Source: a gamma proteobacterium SCGC AAA168-P09 (lineage in GTDB: Bacteria; Pseudomonadota; Gammaproteobacteria; Magnimaribacterales; D2472). From it: 64,000 nt of DNA. The notes beneath the pieces were generated by a model. The model was given only the letters and a program-made list of their open reading frames with translations, was not told the DNA's origin and searched no databases. Made by a program: the position numbers and the translations under genes. The stretch lies in the NCBI GenBank assembly GCA_000385055.1, contig ARRL01000001.1, forward strand, positions 292,934 through 356,933. Reading direction: 5' to 3'. Numbering within the stretch: the first letter of the stretch is position 1; each line of letters opens with the position of its first letter. Shown one piece after another: positions 38,263-50,470 of this stretch.

Positions 38263-40208
38263 ATGAAAAAAAAAAAAATTTTATTAAAAAAAAGTTAATA
38301 TTAATTATTAGCTTTGCTAACTTTAGTTATACAGATAGCTTTGACAATAATTTTTATAACAACCATGGCTCAGTTGGCTTAATTAATACTCCAACAGCGA
38401 GATTTTATGATGAAGGAGTCCACGGTATCACTTTCTATGATGGAACTCCTGATCAAAAAATAACTCTCATATCAAATCCGTATGATTGGCTTGAAGCTTC
38501 TTTTTTTTATACAAATATTCAAGGGAAGCCCTATCCTGGATTTGAATTTCAGGATTATAAAGATAAAGGTTTTAATTTAAAGATAAGATTAAAAAAAGAA
38601 GGTTCTTTACCTGCAATTGCTATTGGGTTAAATGATTTTGCTGGAACTGGTTTTTATAGCTCTGAATACATTGTCTCTAGTTATGGAGTAGGAAATATTG
38701 ACATGCATTTTGGTCTTGGTTGGGGTCAACTAAATGGCACTAGTGACTTCAAGAATCCTTTAAGTTATGTACATGATAGTTTTTTAGATAGGCCAGCAGA
38801 AACCGCAGGTAGGGGAGGAGCATTTAATCCAAGCCAATATTTTTCAGGACCTAGTGTTTCACCCTTTTACGGTATTTCATACCGATTAAACAAAAATTTA
38901 TTTTTAAATTTTGAAAAAGATACAATACTCATTGATGGACCTAGAATGCCATATCCAGATAAAGAAAATGATTACTCTTTCGGTTTAAAATACAGCCTCA
39001 ATAAAAATTTATCATTAGGTTTGTCATATGAGCGCGGTAGTTATTTTTCCTTAGGCTTTGTTTATAAAAACGATCCAAGAGCAACAAAAAGCTATGAATA
39101 TCAAAAAGCAAATACGAGTGTTGGCGATAATAAGTACACTCAATTGATTAAGAATTTAGAAGAAAATGGTATTGGTGTAAATAAAATCACCGAAACCTCA
39201 CGATCACTTGGGCTGGAGTTAACACAATTCATTCATTCAGACATTGCATTAGTTGAACAAATTATTAAAGAATCTGGCAGGGATGCAGGAATTAATAAAA
39301 GTATAAAAAAAGATGTCAAAATTGCTAACTTATCTGCCGTTACAGAGATTGATGAATCATTTAAAAGGAATGCAAAAGTAATATACGAAAGAGATACTGC
39401 AAGAGTATTTAGTACAAATACAACAGCAAGATTTAGACCATTTTTTGCTTCAAGAGAAGAGTTTTTTAAAGGTGCTTTTTTATTGGAGAATGATTCAGAG
39501 TTTGTTCTGAAAGAGAATTTATTTTTTAACACGAATCTTAAATACAGCATAGCAAATAATTTTGATGATTTAAGATTTCCTCCGGTTGATACTTATCCAG
39601 CTCAAGTTAGGTCTGATATTAAACAATATTTAAAGAATATGGATAAAGGTATTTTGGTTGGTAGGGCTCAACTTGATTACCATCTAACACCAAAGAAGAA
39701 TCATCATTTAATGATTTCTGGAGGAATACTTGAGGATATGTTTTCTGGATATGGATTAGAGTATTTATATTTTAAGCAAAATACTAATTATGCCTATGGA
39801 TTTGAAGTTTTTAATGTACGCAAAAGAGACTATGATTGGGGTTTTGGTCATTTAGATTATAAAAATTTAACCTATAGTGCTAATTTATACTATAGGAATT
39901 ATGGCTCAATTCCTTTTGATATGAAAATTTCTGCAGGTGAGTATCTTGCAGGAGATTTAGGCTCAACTATTGAATTTAAAAGACAATTTTCTAATGGAGT
40001 AAGTTTTGGCGTATTTGCTACCTTCACAGATGTATCAACTGAACAATTTGGTGAGGGAAGCTTTGACAAAGGAATAATTTTTAACATTCCTATATATGGA
40101 AATTTTATAAATTACACTTGGAGGCCTTTAACAAAAGACCCCGGAGCAAAAATAATTAGAAAAAATTCTTTACATGATCTATTGGTTAAATTTCAACCCA
40201 TTAATTAA
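38263..40208 (+). CDS. YjbH-domain outer-membrane protein (GfcD-like); start codon out of frame by an A13 tract
   Basis: Frame of 38703-40208 is open without stops back to 38256 (G.VGLINTPTARF, PYDWLEASFFY, DYKDKG, DMHFGLGWG). ATG 38263 plus A13 is one base out of phase. Confidence 0.75.
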
Positions 40209-40247
40209 TTAATTCTTTTAATAGTTAATATTTTTAGTAGAGATTAA

Positions 40248-40271
40248 ATATATATATATATATATATATAT
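40248..40271. repeat. (AT)12 microsatellite, intergenic
   Basis: atatat... perfect 24-bp run upstream of the Ig-like surface protein. Confidence 0.95.
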
Positions 40272-40399
40272 TATGGACATTTTTAAACATAAATAAAATT
40301 TTTCTATACAAGACATATAAAGACATATATGTGCAATTATTATCGATAATTACATTGTTTTATTTAATTTTATGATTAATAATGTAGTAAAATTTTAAA

Positions 40400-42032
<1,633 letters not shown>

Positions 42033-42033
42033 T

Positions 42034-42110
42034 TGGTCGGGATGGCCGGATTTGAACCGACGACCACTACACCCCCAGTGTAGTGCGCTACCAGGCTGCG
42101 CTACATCCCG
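42034..42110 (-). tRNA. tRNA-Pro(GGG)
   Basis: Reverse complement CGGGATGTAGCGCAGCCTGGTAGCGCACTACACTGGGGGTGTAGTGGTCGTCGGTTCAAATCCGGCCATCCCGACCA (77 nt). Confidence 0.97.
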
Positions 42111-42146
42111 AATTGGAGTATTATATTCTCTATTTGGTAAAATATT

Positions 42147-43937
42147 ATGATTAGATTTAATTATGTTGTATTGACTAGTATTTTATTTATTGCATCTTAT
42201 ACTTTTGGTAATAATTATATAATTGAGTCTAGTTCTGGAATTATTAAGGGATATGTTAATAACAATGTTGTTCATTGGGATGATATTCCGTATGCAGAAC
42301 CCCCTATTGGTGATCTCAGATGGAAAGCGCCTAGAGAACTCAACCCATCTTCAAAAGAAAAATTTATAGAACCAAAAGAAAACAATTTTTGTGTACAGGA
42401 ACCATCAGGCCTTGGTGGATCAGATGGAATTGGTTTTTTTTCAGGAAATGAAGATTGTTTATATCTTGATATCAAAGCTCCAGCAACTAATATAAAAAAA
42501 CTACCTGTCATGTTTTGGATTCATGGTGGCGGCAATACTAGCGGTTTAAAAGATTTATATGATTTTTCTACTATGATTAAAAATCATAATGTTATTGTTG
42601 TTTCGATTAACTATAGATTGGGTCCTTTTGGGTGGTTTACACACCCTTCAATACAAAACATGCAGTCTGGTATAGATCAAACTTCTAATTTTGGTACCTT
42701 AGATATAATTCAGGCACTAAAGTGGGTGCAATCAAATATATCTTTATTTGGAGGAGATCCAAATAATGTTACAATTTTTGGTGAGTCAGCTGGTGGCCAT
42801 AATGTTTTATCTTTATTGGTTGCTAAACAAGCAAAAGGACTTTTTCACAAAGCAATATCACAATCTGGATATACCACAACATACTCAAAACAAGATGCCT
42901 ACAAGCCAAACAAAATTACATCTTCATCTAGATATTCAAGTTGGAGTATTGTTGATAAGATTATCAAAGATAAATCTTTAATAATTTCGCAAGAGGGCAA
43001 TGATAATAAAATTAGAGAATTATTAAAAAACCTACCTTCGGATGATTTTTTTAAATATTACTCAAAAAGACCTTCTTATGAAAATCTTCCAATACTAACC
43101 GCAGATAAAATTGTAATTCCAGAAATTGGTTTAAGTGAAGCTTTATCAAAAAAAGAATATGTTAATAACGTTCCATTAATAGCTGGATCAAACAGAGATG
43201 AAGTTAAATTATGGCTTGCATCAGCTAAATATTTTGTTGATTTAGATTATTCATTTCTTGGATCAATTCTTGGAGTGCCTAAAGTTTCTCTTAATGATAA
43301 AGATACTTTTAATCTTTTTAATTCTTATAGGAGTAGAGCATGGAAAATCAGAGGAGTTGATGATCCATTAAGAAGCTTATTCTTGGCTGGTAATAACGAA
43401 TTATATGCTTATAGATATGACTGGGATGACCATAGAAGGTTTATTATTGCTGACTTTAAAGAACTTATTGGCGCAGCTCACGCTACAGAGATCTCTTTAT
43501 TGACAGGAAATAATAAATTAGTTGGTGATTACGGCTTTTTAATTTACCCAAGAGGCCCATCAAAAAAATTTACTTCTAAAAATATGATGCAGTTTTGGAC
43601 TAATTTTGCAAAAACCGGCAAACCTGGTAAATCTACAAATGGTGTTGAATGGAAAAAATATGACGGACTAAAAAATATGCCTTCATATTATATGGTTTTG
43701 GATAAAAGAAGAGATCTTAAAATGCAATATGATAGCTTTTCATTTTCTTCTCTTATACAAGATTTACACAAAGAAGATGCTTTAAGTAGCTTAGAAAAAT
43801 GTGTTGTACTTCTTCAGGTATTAACATATGTTGGCGAGGATTTATATGATGAGTATGTTGATGAATATCCTGGTAATTGCAGCAGAAGTCAGTCAGAGCA
43901 ATTCCTACAAGATAACTCTAGCTTTATAGACTATTAA
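42147..43937 (+). CDS. type-B carboxylesterase/lipase family protein
   Basis: IPYAEPPIGDLRWKAP, EDCLYL, WIHGGG, GGDPNNVTIFGESAGG, GAAH..E. Confidence 0.93.
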   Translation: MIRFNYVVLTSILFIASYTFGNNYIIESSSGIIKGYVNNNVVHWDDIPYAEPPIGDLRWKAPRELNPSSKEKFIEPKENNFCVQEPSGLGGSDGIGFFSGNEDCLYLDIKAPATNIKKLPVMFWIHGGGNTSGLKDLYDFSTMIKNHNVIVVSINYRLGPFGWFTHPSIQNMQSGIDQTSNFGTLDIIQALKWVQSNISLFGGDPNNVTIFGESAGGHNVLSLLVAKQAKGLFHKAISQSGYTTTYSKQDAYKPNKITSSSRYSSWSIVDKIIKDKSLIISQEGNDNKIRELLKNLPSDDFFKYYSKRPSYENLPILTADKIVIPEIGLSEALSKKEYVNNVPLIAGSNRDEVKLWLASAKYFVDLDYSFLGSILGVPKVSLNDKDTFNLFNSYRSRAWKIRGVDDPLRSLFLAGNNELYAYRYDWDDHRRFIIADFKELIGAAHATEISLLTGNNKLVGDYGFLIYPRGPSKKFTSKNMMQFWTNFAKTGKPGKSTNGVEWKKYDGLKNMPSYYMVLDKRRDLKMQYDSFSFSSLIQDLHKEDALSSLEKCVVLLQVLTYVGEDLYDEYVDEYPGNCSRSQSEQFLQDNSSFIDY

Positions 43938-43944
43938 TTAAAAG

Positions 43945-44391
43945 CTAATTAATTATTTTCCCATTCTTTGAAGCATCTTTAATTTTAAGGACTTCTATGT
44001 CTTTTATTTTTATCATATCAGCAATTCTTCTAATAAGCCTTTCTTCATTTACTTCTAGTATTTTATCAGCGAATGCAACATCGTATAGGAATCGAATCAA
44101 GGAAAGTTTGTTGCCTTTAGAATAATCTTTATTTATATCATCTATAAATTCATAAAAAGAGACACTGTTCTTACTATACTTCTCTATGATTTCCAAAACC
44201 TTCTTTGGTTCTTTGCCAACTTTAGTACTAATTTTTTTTATTTCATCCAAAAGTATCGCAAGCTCAGGTTCTGAGATATCACCATCAGATCTAGCAATCT
44301 CATAAGCTAATATAGATGCAGTTAATTCTATATCAAAATCATTTTTATTTTCTTTGATTTCAGGCTTTTTTTTCTTAAAAAAATTAAACAT
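43945..44391 (-). CDS. TerB-like (tellurite-resistance family) protein
   Basis: L.YEIARSDG.I...E, L.DVAFAD..L...EERLIRRIA. Confidence 0.8.
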   Translation of the reverse strand: MFNFFKKKKPEIKENKNDFDIELTASILAYEIARSDGDISEPELAILLDEIKKISTKVGKEPKKVLEIIEKYSKNSVSFYEFIDDINKDYSKGNKLSLIRFLYDVAFADKILEVNEERLIRRIADMIKIKDIEVLKIKDASKNGKIIN

Positions 44392-45448
44392 TTTTAAATA
44401 ATCTCTTTTGGATATAATTATATCTATATGAAAACAGATAATAAGTTGTTGAATATATCATGAAAAGGTATGTCGAAATCCATGGATCAAAATAATTATC
44501 TAAGAATATACCCATTAAACCTGCAAAGAATGATAACAATAAAATAATTCCTAAAGCACCTTCTGATGAATAACGAAGCATCAGTTTATGATGGATATGG
44601 TCTCTGCCAGGGGACATAATACCTATACCTTGAATTATTCTTGAAAAAATAAGCCTAATACAATCAAGAAGTGGAATAGATACAAACCAAAGCATTGTAA
44701 TTGGCTCTACCTCATAAAGTGTGTTTTGTGATGAATAAATAGCAATCCAAGCAACCCAAAAACCTATTAGATTTGAGCCACTATCACCCAAAAATACGCC
44801 TCTTTTTTTACCGAAGAACCTTAGATTAAATATTAAAAAACCTATTACAGATCCAATCAGAATTATCATCATTGAATCATAGATTAGTCCTGAATAAAAA
44901 CCAGTGAATAATAATGCCATCATGGCTGAGCCAGCACACAAGCCATTGATTCCATCTATCATATTAAATGCATTCATTATTCCTACAACACAAAAGACTG
45001 TAATTGGAATACCAAAGATGCCTAAATTTATTTCACCAAAACCAAATAAATTACCAAAATTAGCTAAATATATATCTGTTGAATAAATTACATATAAACT
45101 CAATATAATTTGAATGAAAAGCCTAAACATGGGTTTCAAAGGCTTAAAATCATCAATTAAAAACAAAAGCAAAAGAGGTATAGAGGCTAAATATAGTCTT
45201 TGACTAAATTCAGGCAAATATCCTTTAAGATTATTAAGATTTAAATATATTTCTGAAGAAACAAGGACTGCTAAAAGTATACCAATACCTCCAGTAAGAG
45301 GCGTTGCTCTTTTATGAAATTTTCTGCTTCTATCAGGAATATCTACAAGTATATTATTTTGTTTAGCAAAGTTTCGTAATATAGAATTAATAGCTAAAGA
45401 TGCCATTATGCTTATAATTAAATAACTTATGATTATATTTAATTCCAT
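44384..45448 (-). CDS. MraY/WecA-family undecaprenyl-phosphate GlcNAc-1-P transferase
   Basis: D.PD..RK.HK..TPL.GG, IDD, NAFNMIDGINGL, FLGDSGS, H.HH. Confidence 0.9.
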   Translation of the reverse strand: MELNIIISYLIISIMASLAINSILRNFAKQNNILVDIPDRSRKFHKRATPLTGGIGILLAVLVSSEIYLNLNNLKGYLPEFSQRLYLASIPLLLLFLIDDFKPLKPMFRLFIQIILSLYVIYSTDIYLANFGNLFGFGEINLGIFGIPITVFCVVGIMNAFNMIDGINGLCAGSAMMALLFTGFYSGLIYDSMMIILIGSVIGFLIFNLRFFGKKRGVFLGDSGSNLIGFWVAWIAIYSSQNTLYEVEPITMLWFVSIPLLDCIRLIFSRIIQGIGIMSPGRDHIHHKLMLRYSSEGALGIILLLSFFAGLMGIFLDNYFDPWISTYLFMIYSTTYYLFSYRYNYIQKRLFKNV

Positions 45449-45541
45449 AAATGCTAATCTTACATCTTTGGCAACAAATAGTATGCACTTTGACCAAAAA
45501 AAATGTTTTTTAAAAAAACATTTGCATAAAAAATAAACACT

Positions 45542-46291
45542 ATGAATATAGATTGTAAAAAAGAAATAGATATTGCTAAAAAAGCAGCATTAGAAGCTGG
45601 AAAATATCTTAGAAATAACAAGGTTAAACTTAATCAAGTATTATCATCAACAAATAGAGATATTAAACTCAAGGCAGATAATGAAGCAGAAAGAATCATT
45701 AAAGATATTATCAAAAGAGAGTCTAGTATTGGGATATTAGCAGAAGAAAGTGGAATGTCTTCCGATGCATCTTTTAAGAGTTTATGGGTTGTTGATCCTC
45801 TTGACGGAACGGCTAATTACTCCAGAGACATACCCATATGTTGTGTCTCGATAGCTTTAATATCCGATTTCAAACCAATTATTGGTGTTATATATGACTT
45901 TAATAATGATCATCTCTATGAGGGATCTATAAATACAAATGCTTGTTTAAATGGAAAAGAAATCACAGTTTCAAAAATCACAAAAAGCAATCAAGGTATT
46001 TTAATCACTGGTTTGCCTAATGATACGGATTATTCTGATGAAGCGTTATTAAATATGATTAAAAATTTTCAAAACTGGCGAAAAGTTAGAATGATTGGTT
46101 CAGCTGCTTTAGCTTCTGCATATATTGCATCTGGCAAAGCAGATGTATACATGGAACATAAAACCTATTTATGGGATGTCGCCGCTGGCGCAGCTATAGT
46201 TAATGCTGCTGGCGGAGAAGCTTTAATTATTAATCAAAATGAAAAATTTCAAGTTGATGTATTTTTCTCAAATGGCAATATTCTAAAATAG
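45542..46291 (+). CDS. inositol monophosphatase family protein
   Basis: LAEES, WVVDPLDGT.NY, WDVAAG. Confidence 0.92.
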   Translation: MNIDCKKEIDIAKKAALEAGKYLRNNKVKLNQVLSSTNRDIKLKADNEAERIIKDIIKRESSIGILAEESGMSSDASFKSLWVVDPLDGTANYSRDIPICCVSIALISDFKPIIGVIYDFNNDHLYEGSINTNACLNGKEITVSKITKSNQGILITGLPNDTDYSDEALLNMIKNFQNWRKVRMIGSAALASAYIASGKADVYMEHKTYLWDVAAGAAIVNAAGGEALIINQNEKFQVDVFFSNGNILK

Positions 46292-46298
46292 ATAATTC

Positions 46299-47288
46299 AT
46301 GAGAATATTAATCCTTAGTGATGGTATACCAGGTCACTTTAATCAATCTCTCGGAATTGTAAAAATTTTATCTGAAGAAATTAAGATTGATTATGAAATT
46401 ATTGAGAGTAAATTAAAATATAAGTTGTTAAGGTCTTTTCTAATGCAATTGCAAAAGTTGCTATCAATGAATTTTAATCTTATTAACGCAAAGATAATTC
46501 TTGGCTTTTTTCATAAAATTGATTTAACTAAATTTGATTTAATTGTCTCAACGGGAAAAAAAGTTTCATACCACTCTGCATCTTTAAGTTTAGTTTCAGG
46601 CATAAAAAACATCCATGCTGGAACTATAAAAAACATAGATATGAAATTCTATTCAGCTCACATCACAGGGGCCCCAAACAATAAATCACCTAATAATATT
46701 GTAACAACAATACCTCCAACGAGATTTAAGCCAATTGAAAACAAAATTAATTTAGAAAATAAATTAGCTCTTTTTCTAATAGGGGGTGATGGAGCAGGTT
46801 ATTCTTATGATTTAAATGATTGGAATATGCTTACTAATAATATTGAGTATATATTTGATAAGGATAACATTAGACCAATTATTGTGACTTCTAGACGAAC
46901 GAACAAAGCTCACGAGCAATTTTTATTTAATAAATTAAATCATTTAGCTGATAATGATTCTATTTGGTTTCATAAAGAAAAAACTAAACTAAATTTAGAA
47001 CAACTTTTTATCAAAGCTAGTTTTATTTTTGTTACTGAAGAAAGTGCAACAATGACTGCTGAAGCCATATCAAGTGGGCTGCCTGTTACCACTTTATATC
47101 CTGATAACTTAAATATAAAACATAATTTCTTGAGTCATATAAGAAAATACGAAAAAATGAGATTTATTAGAAGACTTAACCTTAGCGAAAATTTAGCTAG
47201 CTACAATAATGATATTACAATATCAGAAGCTGTAATTCAGATCAGAGATGAGCTTAAGCAAAATATTTTAGAAAAAATTAATATATGA
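46299..47288 (+). CDS. ELM1/GtrOC1-like putative glycosyltransferase-related protein
   Basis: LSDG.PGH.NQS.G, LIGGD, TSRRT, VTEES..M..EA..SG.P. Confidence 0.75.
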   Translation: MRILILSDGIPGHFNQSLGIVKILSEEIKIDYEIIESKLKYKLLRSFLMQLQKLLSMNFNLINAKIILGFFHKIDLTKFDLIVSTGKKVSYHSASLSLVSGIKNIHAGTIKNIDMKFYSAHITGAPNNKSPNNIVTTIPPTRFKPIENKINLENKLALFLIGGDGAGYSYDLNDWNMLTNNIEYIFDKDNIRPIIVTSRRTNKAHEQFLFNKLNHLADNDSIWFHKEKTKLNLEQLFIKASFIFVTEESATMTAEAISSGLPVTTLYPDNLNIKHNFLSHIRKYEKMRFIRRLNLSENLASYNNDITISEAVIQIRDELKQNILEKINI

Positions 47289-48700
47289 AAAGCTTAGTAT
47301 GGTTTAGATCAGATATAAGAATGGATGATAATCCTGCATTAAGGGAGGCATGCACAAACTATTCAGAAGTTCATGCAATCTATCTTTATTCTCCAAAACA
47401 GCTCAATGCGCATAACGAATCAAATGTAAAGATTGATTTCTTAATACAAAATCTTACTATTCTTACCAACAATCTGAATAAATTTAATATTCCATTAACT
47501 GTTTTGGAAAGTGATGGCTTTGATAATGATTCTTTATTGATAAAAGATATCTCAATAGAGAGACAAATAGATAAAGTATTTTGGAATAATCAGATAGGTG
47601 AGGATGAGCAAGCAAGAGATCGAAAAACCATTGAGTTTCTTAGCAAAATTAATATTGAACATGAATCGTTTTTTGATCAGGTGGTTTATGAACCAGGAAC
47701 ATTAAAAACAGGACAAGGAGGACCTTATTCAGTATTTACTCCCTTTAAGAGAAAATGGATAGAAAATTTTGATATGGATTTCTTAGATATTAATTTTAAA
47801 TATGAAGTAAAGAAACCATCTAAGATATCTTCAAATATTGAGAGCTTTAATTTTCAGTTTATTCAAAATCATACTGTTGATATGAATCAATGGAGACCTG
47901 GTGAAGATGAAGCTGCAGCCAGGCTTAATGATTTTTTAAAAAATAAAATAATTGATTATTCTAAAAATAGAAACGATCCAATAATAGATGGAACAAGTAG
48001 AATATCTCCATATTTAGCACTTGGAATTATTTCTTCCAAAAGGTGTATTTTAGAAGCATTAAAACTAAATAACTTTGAATTTAATTCAGGGCACACTGGC
48101 ATTACAAAATGGATTGATGAAATTGTTTGGCGAGAATTCTATAAAAATATAATGTTTTGTTTTCCAAAAGTTAGTAAAGGCCAGCCCTTTCAAGATTACT
48201 CAAAGTTAATTAAATGGCGATATGTTGAATCTGAGTTTAACGCTTGGAAGGAGGGCATGACAGGATTTCCAATAGTAGATGCTGCAATGCGTCAGCTTCA
48301 GAATGAAGGCTGGATGCATAATAGATTAAGAATGGTTGTGGCAATGTTTTTTACAAAAAATATGCTTCACGACTGGCGACTAGGAGAAGCATACTTTATG
48401 CAAAATTTAATTGATGGAGATTTTGCATCTAATAATGGAGGCTGGCAGTGGAGTAGTTCCACTGGTACTGATGCTGCTCCTTATTTCAGGATATTTAACC
48501 CAATAACCCAATCAACTAATTTTGATAAAGAGGGGCTTTTTATTAAAAAATACATCCCAGAGCTAAAGGATTTAGACAAATCAGTTATACATAATCCTCC
48601 AAAAGAGCATAGAAAATATTGTAAATATCCTGAGCCAATTTTAGATTTAAAGGAATCAAGGTTGAGAGCAATAGCGGCCTTTAAAGAATCTAAATCGTAA
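47285..48700 (+). CDS. phrB: deoxyribodipyrimidine photo-lyase (class I CPD photolyase)
   Basis: WFRSD.R..DN.AL, TSRISPYL..G, WREFY, G.TGFPIVDAAMRQL...GWMHNR.RM, NNGGWQW. Confidence 0.93.
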   Translation: MKSLVWFRSDIRMDDNPALREACTNYSEVHAIYLYSPKQLNAHNESNVKIDFLIQNLTILTNNLNKFNIPLTVLESDGFDNDSLLIKDISIERQIDKVFWNNQIGEDEQARDRKTIEFLSKINIEHESFFDQVVYEPGTLKTGQGGPYSVFTPFKRKWIENFDMDFLDINFKYEVKKPSKISSNIESFNFQFIQNHTVDMNQWRPGEDEAAARLNDFLKNKIIDYSKNRNDPIIDGTSRISPYLALGIISSKRCILEALKLNNFEFNSGHTGITKWIDEIVWREFYKNIMFCFPKVSKGQPFQDYSKLIKWRYVESEFNAWKEGMTGFPIVDAAMRQLQNEGWMHNRLRMVVAMFFTKNMLHDWRLGEAYFMQNLIDGDFASNNGGWQWSSSTGTDAAPYFRIFNPITQSTNFDKEGLFIKKYIPELKDLDKSVIHNPPKEHRKYCKYPEPILDLKESRLRAIAAFKESKS

Positions 48701-48771
48701 CTTAAAAACTCATAGTCTGCATAATTAAACTTATGTATACTTCAATTATATTATTCTGTAGAAAAGTTCAT

Positions 48772-50445
48772 ATGTACAAAACTGATTTAGAAATAGCAAA
48801 TAATGCTTCAAAAAAACATATTAAAGATATAGCTGCATTATTAAACATTCCCGAGGATGCATTAATTGTATACGGCAATGATAAGGCTAAAATTAATTAT
48901 AATTTTTTAGATTCTTGCAAAGATAAAAAAGATGGAAAATTAATACTTGTCACAGCAATTTCCCCCACTCCAGCTGGAGAGGGAAAAACAACCACTAGCG
49001 TTGGCTTAGTTGATGGCCTATGTCATATAGGTAAAAAAGCAATGATATGTCTTAGAGAGCCTAGCTTAGGCCCATGTTTTGGAATGAAGGGTGGTGCTGC
49101 TGGTGGTGGCTATGCACAAGTTGTTCCTATGACAGATATCAATCTTCATTTTACTGGTGATTTTCATGCAATTGGAGCTGCTCATAATTTGCTTTCTGCA
49201 TTAGTTGATAATCATATTCATTGGGAAAATACTTTAAGCCTTGATCCAAGAAGAATTACTTGGAGACGAGTAGTTGACATGAACGATAGATCATTAAGAG
49301 ATATTACATGCGGACTCGGAGGAACAGGTAATGGTATTCCACGGCAGAGTGGTTTTGATATTACTGTAGCATCAGAAATCATGGCTGTTTTTTGTCTAGC
49401 AAGTGATTTAGAAGATTTGCAACATAGAATTGGTAATATTGTAGTTGGGTATACAAAAACTCAAGAGGCTGTAAAAGTAAGTCAATTAAATGCTCAGGGT
49501 GCAATAACTGCTTTGTTAAGAGATGCTTTTCAACCTAACTTAGTTCAAACCCTTGAAAATAACCCAGCATTAATGCATGGGGGTCCTTTTGCAAATATTG
49601 CTCATGGATGTAATTCCGTTATGGCAACAAAAAGCGCTTTAAAAATGGCTGACTTTGTTGTTACTGAAGCAGGTTTTGGTGCTGACTTGGGAGCTGAAAA
49701 ATTCTTTAATATTAAATGTAGAAAAGCGGGTCTATCTCCAGATGCTGTAGTTCTAGTTGCAACAACCAAAGCCCTTAAAATGCATGGTGGTGTTAAAAAA
49801 GAAGACTTAAAAGAAGAAAATATACAGGCAGTAAAAGATGGATGTAAAAACCTTGAAAGGCATATCCAAAACATAGGTAAATTTGGAGTTCCAGTAACGG
49901 TTGGCATTAATGAATATTACACTGATACTAAAGATGAGCATCAAGCAATAATAGATTTTTGTCAAAGTCATGGCGTTGCTTGCATAATATCTTCCCATTG
50001 GGAAAATGGCGGAAAAGGGGCTGCGGATTTAGCCTCACATGTTGCAGAACTAGTAGATGGCAATGAGTCCTCATTTAAAACTTTATATGATGATGAAATG
50101 TCCTTATGGGAAAAGACTAAACATATTGCTACAAGTATTTATGGCGCTAGTGATATTATCGCCGATAAAAAAGTAAGAAATAAATTTAAGAAATTAGAAG
50201 ATGATGGTTATGGAAAGTACCCAATTTGTATGGCAAAAACTCAATATAGTTTTTCTACAGATCCATTGCTTATGGGGGCACCATCTGGGCATGAAGTACC
50301 TATTAGAGAGGTGAGACTTTGTGCTGGAGCAGAGTTTGTTGTTGTTATCTGTGGTGAGATTATGACGATGCCTGGGTTGCCTAGAAAGCCAGCATCTGAA
50401 AGTATTGGAATTGATGAGAATAAGAATATAGAAGGCTTATTCTAA
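48772..50445 (+). CDS. fhs: formate--tetrahydrofolate ligase (likely ATG 48772)
   Basis: [62 protein letters not shown]. Confidence 0.97.
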   Translation: MYKTDLEIANNASKKHIKDIAALLNIPEDALIVYGNDKAKINYNFLDSCKDKKDGKLILVTAISPTPAGEGKTTTSVGLVDGLCHIGKKAMICLREPSLGPCFGMKGGAAGGGYAQVVPMTDINLHFTGDFHAIGAAHNLLSALVDNHIHWENTLSLDPRRITWRRVVDMNDRSLRDITCGLGGTGNGIPRQSGFDITVASEIMAVFCLASDLEDLQHRIGNIVVGYTKTQEAVKVSQLNAQGAITALLRDAFQPNLVQTLENNPALMHGGPFANIAHGCNSVMATKSALKMADFVVTEAGFGADLGAEKFFNIKCRKAGLSPDAVVLVATTKALKMHGGVKKEDLKEENIQAVKDGCKNLERHIQNIGKFGVPVTVGINEYYTDTKDEHQAIIDFCQSHGVACIISSHWENGGKGAADLASHVAELVDGNESSFKTLYDDEMSLWEKTKHIATSIYGASDIIADKKVRNKFKKLEDDGYGKYPICMAKTQYSFSTDPLLMGAPSGHEVPIREVRLCAGAEFVVVICGEIMTMPGLPRKPASESIGIDENKNIEGLF

Positions 50446-50470
50446 TTTACAAAAATTTTAAGAGTATATT

